From an uncultured delta proteobacterium (GTDB lineage Bacteria; Myxococcota_A; Polyangia; Palsa-1104), in assembly GCA_963785725.1 (NCBI GenBank), contig CAWAWS010000014.1:128001-192000 (forward strand): a stretch of 64,000 nucleotides of DNA, in the 5' to 3' direction. Shown in pieces: positions 47,064-57,045 of the stretch. Under the pieces are notes generated by a model. That model did not search any database. It was not told where the DNA came from and saw only the letters and a program-made list of their open reading frames with translations. Position 1 is the stretch's first letter. The number at the start of each line of letters is the position of its first letter. Both the position numbers and the translations under genes were made by a program.

Positions 47064-47365
47064 CGACGCGATCGTAGCAAATGTCGGCAGCGGCGGCTAA
47101 CTCGCGCCTCCCGGCGCTCGCCGATGACGCCGCCGAGGCTGTGAAGTGTGCGGATGCGTGCGGGTGTGCCCGTGCGTGCGTTGCTGTTGGGGGCGTGCCT
47201 GGGTGCGGTGCGCGCCGGGCGGAAATAAACCTTCCACCGGCGTGCCGAGCTACACGATGGCCGGCGCGACGGAGCCAGGCTGCGCGCACCGCGCGCCCGC
47301 GCAGCCCGGCCAAGCGGACCACCGCTCGGTAAACGATCGGGCGCGCTCGTCGGCGCGCCGCGCGC

Positions 47366-47761
47366 CTACCGGAACCGCTTATGGCACTCCTTGCACGTCG
47401 CCCGCAGGTTCGTCAGCGCCGTGTTCGCCGCCACCGCGTCCTTCGACGCGTACGAGTTCGACAGGTCCGACGCATAACGATTGAGCTTCATCGCCAGCGC
47501 GTCGAACTCGGCGCCCTTGGTGAAATCCTTGATCTTCAAGCTCGTCGCCTGCACGCGCGTCCCCGCCGACGTCAACAGCGCCCACTCGTCGTCGTTGAAC
47601 GACGTCTGCCCGATCTTCTTGAACAGCGGATCCATCACGGTCGCCTGATTGGCCATGACGTCGTCGAGCTTCGTCAGCTTCGGGATCTCTTCCACCGGCG
47701 TCGACAGCTGCGGCGTACAGGCGGAAGCGGCGAGCAACAGCGCGAGCGCGAGCTTTTTCAT
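47366..47761 (-). CDS. Cytochrome c'-like helical-bundle lipoprotein
   Basis: AASAC lipobox; helical composition; C-terminal CKECHKRFR; GAGGAG RBS. Confidence 0.8.
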   Translation of the reverse strand: MKKLALALLLAASACTPQLSTPVEEIPKLTKLDDVMANQATVMDPLFKKIGQTSFNDDEWALLTSAGTRVQATSLKIKDFTKGAEFDALAMKLNRYASDLSNSYASKDAVAANTALTNLRATCKECHKRFR

Positions 47762-47773
47762 GGGTTCTCCTCG

Positions 47774-49231
47774 TCAGTGCGGAACGGCCGGCAGTGAGTG
47801 CGGCTCGGGAATCATCGGCATGTCGGCGCGATCGACGCGCAATCCCGGACGATTGGGCACGCGCGCCGCCGCCGCCACCGGATAAATGCCGGCGACGCCG
47901 AGGAGCACGATGTTGCGCTCGATGTTCGGCTGCATGAACCCGAGATCCGACGGATGCCCGAACTGCCGATAGTATTCGTAGCGCGCGAACACGCCCAGAT
48001 ACGGCAGCGCCTGCCACGTCAACGACGCGTCGGCGAGCGCGATCTCCGCCGTCGCCACCAGGCCCGTCCGCTGTCCGCCCGTCGAATCTTGGTTATAGAG
48101 CTGCGCATGCTCGTAACCACCCGAGCCAGACAAGAACAGGCGCGTCTTCTGCGGCAGCGGCACCGTCACGCGCAGCGTCGCCTGATCGGCTACGAACGTC
48201 GCGCCCGACAGCGGATTGGGCACGATGCTGTGCTCGTAGCGCAATTCGCCCGTCGCCCGCTCGTTGAAGTAGCGCGCCACGGCCAGCGCATACGGCTGCC
48301 AGATGCGCTCCGAGCCGTCGGCGGCGTTCATCGCCATGATGAGCCCGAGCGCCGCCTCCGTGGACCAGAAGTTGGACCAATCGCGACGCCAACGCGCGAT
48401 GGCGCTGTCGATCACCTGCTGCTGCAGCGGCGCGACCGTCCCCGTCGTCGTGTCGCGCGTGGCGCCGTAGATGACATATTCCGAGCGCAGATCGACGCCC
48501 ACCGCGTCGAGCGCGAACAGCCGCTCGGCGCCGAGGTCGACCGTCGTCGTGTACGTGTCCGGCAGCGTCCGCGGCGACAGCGGAATGAACGCCAGGAACG
48601 TCAACGACTGCGCGAAATTCCACTGCTTCGTAATGTGATCGACGAGCGCCTCGTTCGCGCCCTGCGTAAAAAACGTCGTCGAGGTCGCCAGCGACGGGCT
48701 GACCGCGAGCCCGGTGGCATCCGCCGTATTCTGCAGGTTGAGCGTATTGATGCGCCCTTCTTGCGACTGCAAGCCCACCATCAGCTCGGTCTTCTTCGAC
48801 GGAATGAAGAACCCATTCCAATCGAGCGTGTTCGTATACGAGTTCCCTTGCGGATGGAGCACGAACAAGTCGGCGTTGAAGTTGAACGCGAGCCGCTGCA
48901 CCGCCCGCGCCGCGCCCGTCGTGTAGGCGATCCCCGGCCGCAGCTGAAAGAAGAAGTCGCTGAAGCGCGGCAGCGGCGCGCCCTGCGCGCAGGTCGTGGA
49001 CTTGGTCGAATCGCAGGCCGGCGGCGTCGGCGTGCAGTTGCCGGCGGCGTCGCACGACAGCGGCGCATAAGGCGTCGACGGCGCGTTGAAGACGTTGTCG
49101 GTCCAGCCGACGGCGACCTCGGCCGTGCCTTGCACCGAGTTGGCCGCGTGCGCGCGTGGCTCGGCAGCGACGAGAAAGGATGCGGCGGCAGCGATCGACA
49201 GAGCCCGGGCGGCGCGACCGCAACGTGGCAT
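47774..49231 (-). CDS. Outer-membrane beta-barrel, probable polysaccharide export porin (EpsX/ExoB-like)
   Basis: Signal peptide; VGWTDNV, DFFFQLRPG and alternating beta-strand patterns; lies in a Wzx/Wzy cluster. Confidence 0.65.
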   Translation of the reverse strand: MPRCGRAARALSIAAAASFLVAAEPRAHAANSVQGTAEVAVGWTDNVFNAPSTPYAPLSCDAAGNCTPTPPACDSTKSTTCAQGAPLPRFSDFFFQLRPGIAYTTGAARAVQRLAFNFNADLFVLHPQGNSYTNTLDWNGFFIPSKKTELMVGLQSQEGRINTLNLQNTADATGLAVSPSLATSTTFFTQGANEALVDHITKQWNFAQSLTFLAFIPLSPRTLPDTYTTTVDLGAERLFALDAVGVDLRSEYVIYGATRDTTTGTVAPLQQQVIDSAIARWRRDWSNFWSTEAALGLIMAMNAADGSERIWQPYALAVARYFNERATGELRYEHSIVPNPLSGATFVADQATLRVTVPLPQKTRLFLSGSGGYEHAQLYNQDSTGGQRTGLVATAEIALADASLTWQALPYLGVFARYEYYRQFGHPSDLGFMQPNIERNIVLLGVAGIYPVAAAARVPNRPGLRVDRADMPMIPEPHSLPAVPH

Positions 49232-49297
49232 GCGCGACAGCCTATCATGACGCGCCGATGCTCGCGCGTTCGCGCGGTGCGATGTTATGCTCGTCGC

Positions 49298-49911
49298 GTG
49301 CCCGCCGACTCCGCCGACTCCGCCGACGTGACGCTGGAGGCGCTCGGCATCCGCCTCGACGGTGCCGACGTGCTGGCGCTGCGCGACGACTGCATCCCGA
49401 TCGCGCGCCGCCTGGTCCACGCGCGCCGCAAGATCGTCGGCCTCTTGCCCGCGTCCGGTCGCGTCGGCGTCACCGCGGTCGGCGTGCAGCTGGGCCTGGC
49501 CACCGTCGAAGTCTCGGGCACGCCGACCGCCTACGTCGACGCCAACGTGCGCTGGCCGGCCATCTCGCAGATCGTCGTCGGGACGCGCGCCGACGACGAC
49601 GAGTCGCTCTTCGCCACCCGCTGGCTGCGCGGCTCGCTCGCGCTCCTGTCGCCGCCGCGCGCCGGTGACGCCGGCGCCGGCCTGCCGCAGCTCGCCCGCG
49701 TCATCCAGACCGGCGGCGAGCTCTTTGCGCACGTCCTCGTCGATCTGACCGGCTTCAAGCAGCTCGGCGAGCACCTGGCGGCGATCGAGATGATGGACGC
49801 CGTCGTCGTCGTGGCCCGCGGCGGCCTGACCCGCGAGCGCGACCTCTTGCGCATCGACCAAGAATTACCGCCCGACCGCAGCCTCGGCGTCCTCATCTCC
49901 AACGTGCGTCC

Positions 49912-49915
<4 letters not shown>
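49298..49915 (+). CDS. Degenerate BY-kinase (CpsD/Wze-like pseudokinase)
   Basis: PASGRVGVT (Walker A without Lys), VDANVRWP (A'), VLVDL (B), DAVVVVARGG, LGVLI; no Tyr cluster. Confidence 0.65.
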
Positions 49916-51005
<1,090 letters not shown>

Positions 51006-51012
<7 letters not shown>

Positions 51013-51069
51013 ACGCGCGCTGACTTGTAGTAAACGCGCGCTGACTTGTAGTAAACGCGCGTTTACTTG
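51006..51069. repeat. Three 21-bp palindromic tandem units spanning two convergent stop codons
   Basis: AGTAAACGCGCGCTGACTTGT twice, then AGTAAACGCGCGTTTACTTG; outer 14-bp perfect IR. Confidence 0.93.
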
Positions 51070-52004
51070 CGCGGGCCCACGTGCAAGTAGGCGCGGGCGA
51101 GCGTCTTCCACGTCGCCAGCGAGCGCGGCTGCTGGCGCGCCGCGCGCCACAGCGCCGAGCGCGCCTGACCCCAGCGGTGGTAGCTCAGGTGCTCGTAGCC
51201 GGCCTGATACTCGATGCGCGCGAACGTGCGCTTGACGAACGGCGCGCCCACGAACTGCGGATGCTCGGCCAAAAATTCGCGATAGACCTGATATTCGCCG
51301 TCGACCCAGCTGCCGTCGCGCTGCGCCTGCGCGCTCAAGCTGTCGCCATGCAAGCGGCGCTGCACGAGCGGCTCAGGCAAGTAGCCGACCGGACCCATGA
51401 CCGCCAGGCGCAGCCACAGTCGATATTCCTCGGCTATGCGCTTGCGTGACGCCATGCCGCCGGCGCGCATATAGGCCTCGCGCTGCACCATCGCCGACGA
51501 GCATGAGATCGGATTCTCGTAGAACAGCTGCTCGAAGGGGACGACGGTGCCGTTGATGCCGTAGCGTTTTTGCCGCGACTGCTCCATGTCGTAGCGCGGA
51601 TCGATCTGACCGAGCGCGCCCACCTCCGTCGACGACAACAGCGACTCGGGCATGCTGCGATGAAAGCCGAGCTGCTTCTCCAGCTTTGTCGGCAGCCACA
51701 CGTCGTCGCTGTCGAGGAAGGCGATCCACGGCGCCCGCGCCATGTCGACGCCGCGGTTGCGCGCGCCGCCCGGCCCGGCGTTGGCGTGGCGCACGAGGAT
51801 GAGATCGTCCACACGCTTCGGGCGCACCGGCTCGGGCGAGCCGTCGTCGACGACGATGATCTCGACCGCGCGCAGCGTCTGCGCGCGAATGCTCTCCAGC
51901 GCGTCGTCGAGCCACACCGGCTTGTACGCCGGGATGATGACGCTGACGGCGGGCGCGTCGTGCGCGTTCTCGCCGCGGACGATTTCGACGCGATCTTCAG
52001 TCAT
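51063..52004 (-). CDS. GT2 glycosyltransferase
   Basis: VSVIIPAY, VVDDGS, NAGPGGARNRG, FLDSDD. Confidence 0.92.
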   Translation of the reverse strand: MTEDRVEIVRGENAHDAPAVSVIIPAYKPVWLDDALESIRAQTLRAVEIIVVDDGSPEPVRPKRVDDLILVRHANAGPGGARNRGVDMARAPWIAFLDSDDVWLPTKLEKQLGFHRSMPESLLSSTEVGALGQIDPRYDMEQSRQKRYGINGTVVPFEQLFYENPISCSSAMVQREAYMRAGGMASRKRIAEEYRLWLRLAVMGPVGYLPEPLVQRRLHGDSLSAQAQRDGSWVDGEYQVYREFLAEHPQFVGAPFVKRTFARIEYQAGYEHLSYHRWGQARSALWRAARQQPRSLATWKTLARAYLHVGPRK

Positions 52005-52011
52005 GCTGGGG

Positions 52012-53487
52012 TCATCCGGCGCGTGCCTTTCTGCGGCGTTGCAGCGTTTCGCGCGCGAGCCGCAGCAGCTCGCGGCTGTTTTTGTGATCGATCGTGAGCG
52101 CGCCGGCGACGTAGGCGAGCCCGCCGGCGACGACTTCGGCGCCGAGCGCGATGGCGTTGCCTTGGATGCGCGTGCCCCACAAGAGGTGGCGCACGCCGAG
52201 GACGGCGGCGACGAGCGGCACGCACGCGGCCAGCGGTCGCCACAAGACGGCGCCGATCGCCGACAGTTGAATGCCGTCGGTGGCGCGCACCAGCCACAGC
52301 GACAGCAGCATGCGAATGCCGAAGGCGATGCCGACGGCGAAGCAGCACCACAAGAGGTTGTGGCGGCCGATGGTCGAGATCGAGACGACGATCGCCGTCA
52401 AGTTCACGATCTCGAGGAAGGCGGCGGCGCGCGTGTCGTTGCGCACTTGCATGTAGGCCGACATCGCGCCGGCGACGGGCCGCGTGATCGACAGGCCGGC
52501 CAGCACCATCAGCATCGGGCCCACTTCGACCCAGCGCTTGTCGAGGAACGCCGAGACGATGGTGTTGGCGACGGCGCCGAGCCCGACGGAGAGCGGGAAC
52601 ATGATGAGCGCGATGAGCCCGGTCGCGCGCAAGAGCGCGTCCCGTCGCCGCTCGCGCTCGACGTTGGCCAGCGACGCCAAGAGCACGTCCGTAATCTGCT
52701 CGCCGACTTGGATGGCCGGGATGTCCGCCAAGTTGTAGGCGAGGTTGTAGCCGCCCATGATCCAGGCGCCGTAAAAGCGCGAGACCAGTAAGTTGTCCCA
52801 CTTGCGCGCGACGACGCTGGCGAACTGCCCGACGGAGACGATGCCGCCGTAGCCGACGAGCAGGCGCAGCGTCGCCGCGTCGACGGGCACGAACTCGAGC
52901 CACTCGCGCCGGTCCATCGCCGTCGTCACCATCGCCAAGTTGACGGCCGAGCGCGCGATGTTGCCGTAGACGAGCGCCATGCCGCCGGCGCCGCGCCACG
53001 CCGCGGTGACGGCGACGATCGGCAACGCCGCTTCCGCCATCGCTTTGCCGAGCCCGAGGCGGCGAAAGCGCATGTCGCGCGCCAACAGCCGTTCGGGCAT
53101 GAACGCGATGCGATCGAACGCCATCGCCAGCACCAGGCCGGGCAGAAACAGCGGCAGCTCGGGCGCGTTGACCCAGCGCGAGATCGGCCAGCGCAGCGCC
53201 AGCACGCCCAAAAGCGCGATCACGCCCAGCGTCAGATGAATCAGCGTGGCGTGGAAGATGACGCGGCGGCCGCAGTCGCGGTTGGCGATGACGTACATGC
53301 CGACGCCGAGCTGCGAGAATTGATTGGCCGTGATGACCGCGATCGACGCCGCCGAGACGTCGCCGCAGACGTCGGGCGCCAGGAAATGCGTGAGCGCGAC
53401 GGTGCCGCCGAGGCCGAGCATGCGCGCCGCGCCGCCCATCGCCACTGTCCACGCCACGCCGCTGACTGCTTTGTGCGCCGTGGTCAT
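52012..53487 (-). CDS. wzx: Wzx flippase
   Basis: About 12-14 TM; LARDMRFRRL, DNLLVSRFYG...GGYNLAYNL. Confidence 0.88.
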   Translation of the reverse strand: MTTAHKAVSGVAWTVAMGGAARMLGLGGTVALTHFLAPDVCGDVSAASIAVITANQFSQLGVGMYVIANRDCGRRVIFHATLIHLTLGVIALLGVLALRWPISRWVNAPELPLFLPGLVLAMAFDRIAFMPERLLARDMRFRRLGLGKAMAEAALPIVAVTAAWRGAGGMALVYGNIARSAVNLAMVTTAMDRREWLEFVPVDAATLRLLVGYGGIVSVGQFASVVARKWDNLLVSRFYGAWIMGGYNLAYNLADIPAIQVGEQITDVLLASLANVERERRRDALLRATGLIALIMFPLSVGLGAVANTIVSAFLDKRWVEVGPMLMVLAGLSITRPVAGAMSAYMQVRNDTRAAAFLEIVNLTAIVVSISTIGRHNLLWCCFAVGIAFGIRMLLSLWLVRATDGIQLSAIGAVLWRPLAACVPLVAAVLGVRHLLWGTRIQGNAIALGAEVVAGGLAYVAGALTIDHKNSRELLRLARETLQRRRKARAG

Positions 53488-53522
53488 GTGTTATCGAGGT
53501 TCGCGCCGCGAGCGGGGCGCGG

Positions 53523-54116
53523 CTACGGAACGAACAGCGAATCTCCGGCGATGAGCGGCAGATCTTCTTCGGGATGCAGGCCCGACGCGACGCGCTCGTA
53601 GTCGATGGGCACGCGACGCACGCCGTGACCGTCGTTGCGCACGATGACGAGCTTGTGCGGGTCGGCGAACTTGTTGAGCCCGCCGCCCATCGCCACCGCT
53701 TCGGACACGGTCACGTAATACTTGGCCGTGAAGATGCCGCCATGCTCGACGTTGCCGCCGACGGTAAAGCGGTAGCTGTTGACCTCGGTGACGGCGACGC
53801 TGACGACCGGCCCTTCTTTGACGTAGTTCGTCAGCTTGGCCGTGATTTCCTTCTGCAGCTCCGACGGGGTGCGGCCCGCGGCTTGAATGTCGCCGATGAG
53901 CGGCATGGTGATCGTGCCGTCCGGCCGCACGCGCGCGTCGGTCGACATCTCCGGATTCTTCCAGACGTTGATGCGCAGCTGGTCGGAAGCGCCGATCACG
54001 AACTCGCGCTTTCGCGGGTCCGGCTCTTTGCTATAATCATAAACCGACGACGCACAGCCCATCGTCGACAACAGCATGCACATCACAGCGCTTCGGAGCA
54101 TCGACGTTCGCGTCAA
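53523..54116 (-). CDS. wza: Short OPX/Wza polysaccharide export lipoprotein
   Basis: MGC lipobox; IGASDQLRINVW, VRPDGTITMPLIGDI; one SLBB domain; ends at GDSLFVP with no TM helix. Confidence 0.9.
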   Translation of the reverse strand: MTRTSMLRSAVMCMLLSTMGCASSVYDYSKEPDPRKREFVIGASDQLRINVWKNPEMSTDARVRPDGTITMPLIGDIQAAGRTPSELQKEITAKLTNYVKEGPVVSVAVTEVNSYRFTVGGNVEHGGIFTAKYYVTVSEAVAMGGGLNKFADPHKLVIVRNDGHGVRRVPIDYERVASGLHPEEDLPLIAGDSLFVP

Positions 54117-54152
54117 GGCGGTCTCCCCGGCGCATCATAACCGGACCGCCTG

Positions 54153-55535
54153 ATGTTCGCCATCCCCGGAATCGTCCTCTTATTGGCGTTTCTGTATACG
54201 CGTCCGCAAGAGTTCATCCCCGAGCTGCGCGCGATCCCGCTTTTGTACGTGTTTTTCGCGCTCGCCATCTTCGGTTGGGCCGTCGATCTCCGCCTGCGCC
54301 GCAGCCGCCCGGTGAGCGTGCCGCAGCTGCCGTGGGTGCTCGGCTTTTACGGCTGGGCCCTGTTCACGGCCGCCATTCGCAAGCCGGAGATGGCCTTGCC
54401 GCTCGCCATCGATCTCGGCATTCCCATCGTCGTCTTCGTGATGCTGGCGACGATGGTGCAGAGCTTTCGCGCCTTCTCCGTCGTCGCCGTCTCGATCTTG
54501 GCGCTCAGCATCTTCTTGGCCGGCATCGGCGTGCATCAAGGTCTGGCGCCATGGGGCTGCCATCGCATCGACGCGTCGTCGACGGATCAAGTGGGCATTT
54601 ACGACGGCCGCAGCTGCAGCGGCGTCAGCGAAAAAGAGTGCGAAGAGGGCGACGTCGAGCCCGGCGCCGACTACGCGTGCGAGAAAATAGGCCTCTTCGG
54701 CACGTCGTCGATCGCCGGCGGTCGCGTCCGTTATCGCGGCGCGCTCAACGATCCCAACGAGCTGGCGCTCGTCATCTCCGTCGGGCTGCCGTTCGCGTTC
54801 GCGCTATTCGAGCGTAAACGCAATCTATGGCGCTTCTTGTTGGCGTTCGGCGGCCTGGCGCTGGTCGCCACCTGCGTCGTCTTCACGCAGTCGCGCGGCG
54901 GCCAATTGGTGTTATTGGCCGTATTGGCCACATATTTCGTCAAACAGTTCGGCTTCAAAGGCTTGATATACGGCGGCATCATCGGCGCGCCGGTCCTGTT
55001 GTTGGGCGGCCGCCAAGGCGAATCCGCCGATTCATCGTCGATCGAGCGCGTCGAATGCATGTACGCGGCGATTCAGATGTTCAAACAATATCCATTTCGC
55101 GGCGTCGGCTTAGGGCAAATTCTCGATTACCACACGCAGACCGCGCATAACTCGTATGCATTGGCGGCCGCCGAATTGGGTTTTCCCGGTATGGTACTTT
55201 GGACCGGCGTCCTCTATGTCACCATCAAGATCCCCTATCAGCTGCTACGCGACTTCGCGCATAAGCCGGAGACGGCCGTCGCGCGCGCCTGGGCGATGGC
55301 GATCTTGTCCGGCAGCCTCGGCATGGCCGTCGGCGTCTTCTTTCTCTCGTTCTGCTATCACCAGACGTTTTGGATTCAAATGGGAATGGCCGGCGCGCTC
55401 TATTCCGCCTGCAAAGCGCACGACCCCGATTGGGAAGTTCGCTTCGGTGCGCGCGATTGGCTATTACTCGTGGGCATCGACAGCGTCCTCGTCGTCGCCA
55501 TATTCCTTTATACCCGCGCCAAAGTGGGCGGCTGA
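54153..55535 (+). CDS. wzy: Wzy polymerase / O-antigen ligase family
   Basis: NDPNELA, TQSRGG, GVGLG, TAHNSY...AELGFPG; multi-TM. Confidence 0.85.
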   Translation: MFAIPGIVLLLAFLYTRPQEFIPELRAIPLLYVFFALAIFGWAVDLRLRRSRPVSVPQLPWVLGFYGWALFTAAIRKPEMALPLAIDLGIPIVVFVMLATMVQSFRAFSVVAVSILALSIFLAGIGVHQGLAPWGCHRIDASSTDQVGIYDGRSCSGVSEKECEEGDVEPGADYACEKIGLFGTSSIAGGRVRYRGALNDPNELALVISVGLPFAFALFERKRNLWRFLLAFGGLALVATCVVFTQSRGGQLVLLAVLATYFVKQFGFKGLIYGGIIGAPVLLLGGRQGESADSSSIERVECMYAAIQMFKQYPFRGVGLGQILDYHTQTAHNSYALAAAELGFPGMVLWTGVLYVTIKIPYQLLRDFAHKPETAVARAWAMAILSGSLGMAVGVFFLSFCYHQTFWIQMGMAGALYSACKAHDPDWEVRFGARDWLLLVGIDSVLVVAIFLYTRAKVGG

Positions 55536-55559
55536 CCCGATCGCGAGCGGGAGGCGGTA

Positions 55560-56447
55560 ATGGATTGGCGCTTGAAAGCGACGCTACAGAATGTGTTTTC
55601 GCGCGTCCCCGGCGGCGAATCGCTCAATCATTTGTTCCAAAAGTACGTCACGCGCACGTTACCGATCGACGCGCGCCGGCTGACCGAGATCGTGCAGCGC
55701 GCCGGCCGCCACTTGCAGGCGCTGGCGCCGCACCGGCAAAAGCCGCTCGCCGACGCGGTCTTCTACGAGTTCGGCGCCGGCTGGGACTTGGCGAGCCCGC
55801 TCGGCTTTTGGAGCCACGGCGTCGAGAAGCAGTTGTTGGTCGATATTCGCGATCTGTTACGGCTCGACGTCCTGAATCATACGATCGCCCTGTTCGCGCA
55901 CGTCGATCTGCCGTTGCCGCGTCGTCCGGGCGCGCCGTTATTGGCGAAAGAATCGCTGCGCGCGACCTTCGGGATCGATTTCCGCGCGCCCTGCGACGCG
56001 CGCGCCACCGGGCTCGGCGACGGCGCCGTCGACGTCATCACGTCGTCCAATACCCTCGAGCACGTACCGCCCGACGATATTCGCGGCATCTTGCGCGAGT
56101 GCCGCCGCATCTTGGCCGCCGACGGCATGATGAGCATGCTCGTCGACTACCAAGATCATTACTCGTACTTCGATCGCACTATTACGCCCTATAATTTCCT
56201 GCGTTATTCCGAGCGTGATTGGCGCTTCTTCAACCCCTCGCTGCATTATCAAAATCGATTACGACATAGCGATTACGTGCGGCTCTTCGAAGAGTCGGGT
56301 TTCCGCATTCTCGACGTGCAGCCGTCACCGGTCGGCGACTCCGATCTGTCGGCGCTGCGCTCGGTGCCGCTGGCGACGCCGTTTTCCGCCTATCCGGCCC
56401 AAGATCTGGCCATCCGCGACGCACGCTTCGTGCTGACGAAAGGCTGA
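55560..56447 (+). CDS. Class I SAM-dependent methyltransferase
   Basis: YEFGAGW, DVITSSNTLEHV, RILAADG, DYQDH, QNRLR. Confidence 0.8.
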   Translation: MDWRLKATLQNVFSRVPGGESLNHLFQKYVTRTLPIDARRLTEIVQRAGRHLQALAPHRQKPLADAVFYEFGAGWDLASPLGFWSHGVEKQLLVDIRDLLRLDVLNHTIALFAHVDLPLPRRPGAPLLAKESLRATFGIDFRAPCDARATGLGDGAVDVITSSNTLEHVPPDDIRGILRECRRILAADGMMSMLVDYQDHYSYFDRTITPYNFLRYSERDWRFFNPSLHYQNRLRHSDYVRLFEESGFRILDVQPSPVGDSDLSALRSVPLATPFSAYPAQDLAIRDARFVLTKG

Positions 56448-56451
56448 GCTC

Positions 56452-57045
56452 ATGTTCGACTTCTCCCGCGAAGTGTTCATTTGCAAATGCTCCACGTCCG
56501 TCGATATCCATCAAATGGACGACGATCCGGAAGTGGCGCGCATGAAGTTCAGCCAGGGGCGCGAGTTCGATTTGGCGCGCCTGAGCGTGCAATATCACGA
56601 CGTCAATCATTTGCAGGAAATGCGCGACCGCTTGGCGCGCGGCGAATATTGGATGATCGGCGAGCTCGACGGCGAGATCGTCACCTATACCTGGCTGTTC
56701 GCCCGCGAATATTTCGAATATACCTATTTGCCCGGTTGCCGCTTCACGCTCGGCGACGACTCGGCTTACGGGTATGGCGCTTGGACGCCGAATCACTTGC
56801 GCGGCAAAGGATTACGGCGGCGCGCGTTTCTCGAGGAGCTCGATATCTTGCGGCGGTGGGGGAAACAGTGGGAGGCGAGCGTGTTCATCAAGCAGCAGAT
56901 CGAGGGCGCCAATCGTTCGTTGGCGAAAGTGGGGATCGAGATCGTCCCGCTGTGGCGCGTCGAATATGGCCGCGACAAGAAGCTGCACGCCGAGTCGCTC
57001 ACGCCCGACGAGAAATCGATTCGCCCGTTTTTCCCCGCGCCATGA
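56452..57045 (+). CDS. GNAT-like hypothetical protein
   Basis: WTPNHLRGKGL acetyl-CoA-binding motif A. Confidence 0.55.
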   Translation: MFDFSREVFICKCSTSVDIHQMDDDPEVARMKFSQGREFDLARLSVQYHDVNHLQEMRDRLARGEYWMIGELDGEIVTYTWLFAREYFEYTYLPGCRFTLGDDSAYGYGAWTPNHLRGKGLRRRAFLEELDILRRWGKQWEASVFIKQQIEGANRSLAKVGIEIVPLWRVEYGRDKKLHAESLTPDEKSIRPFFPAP

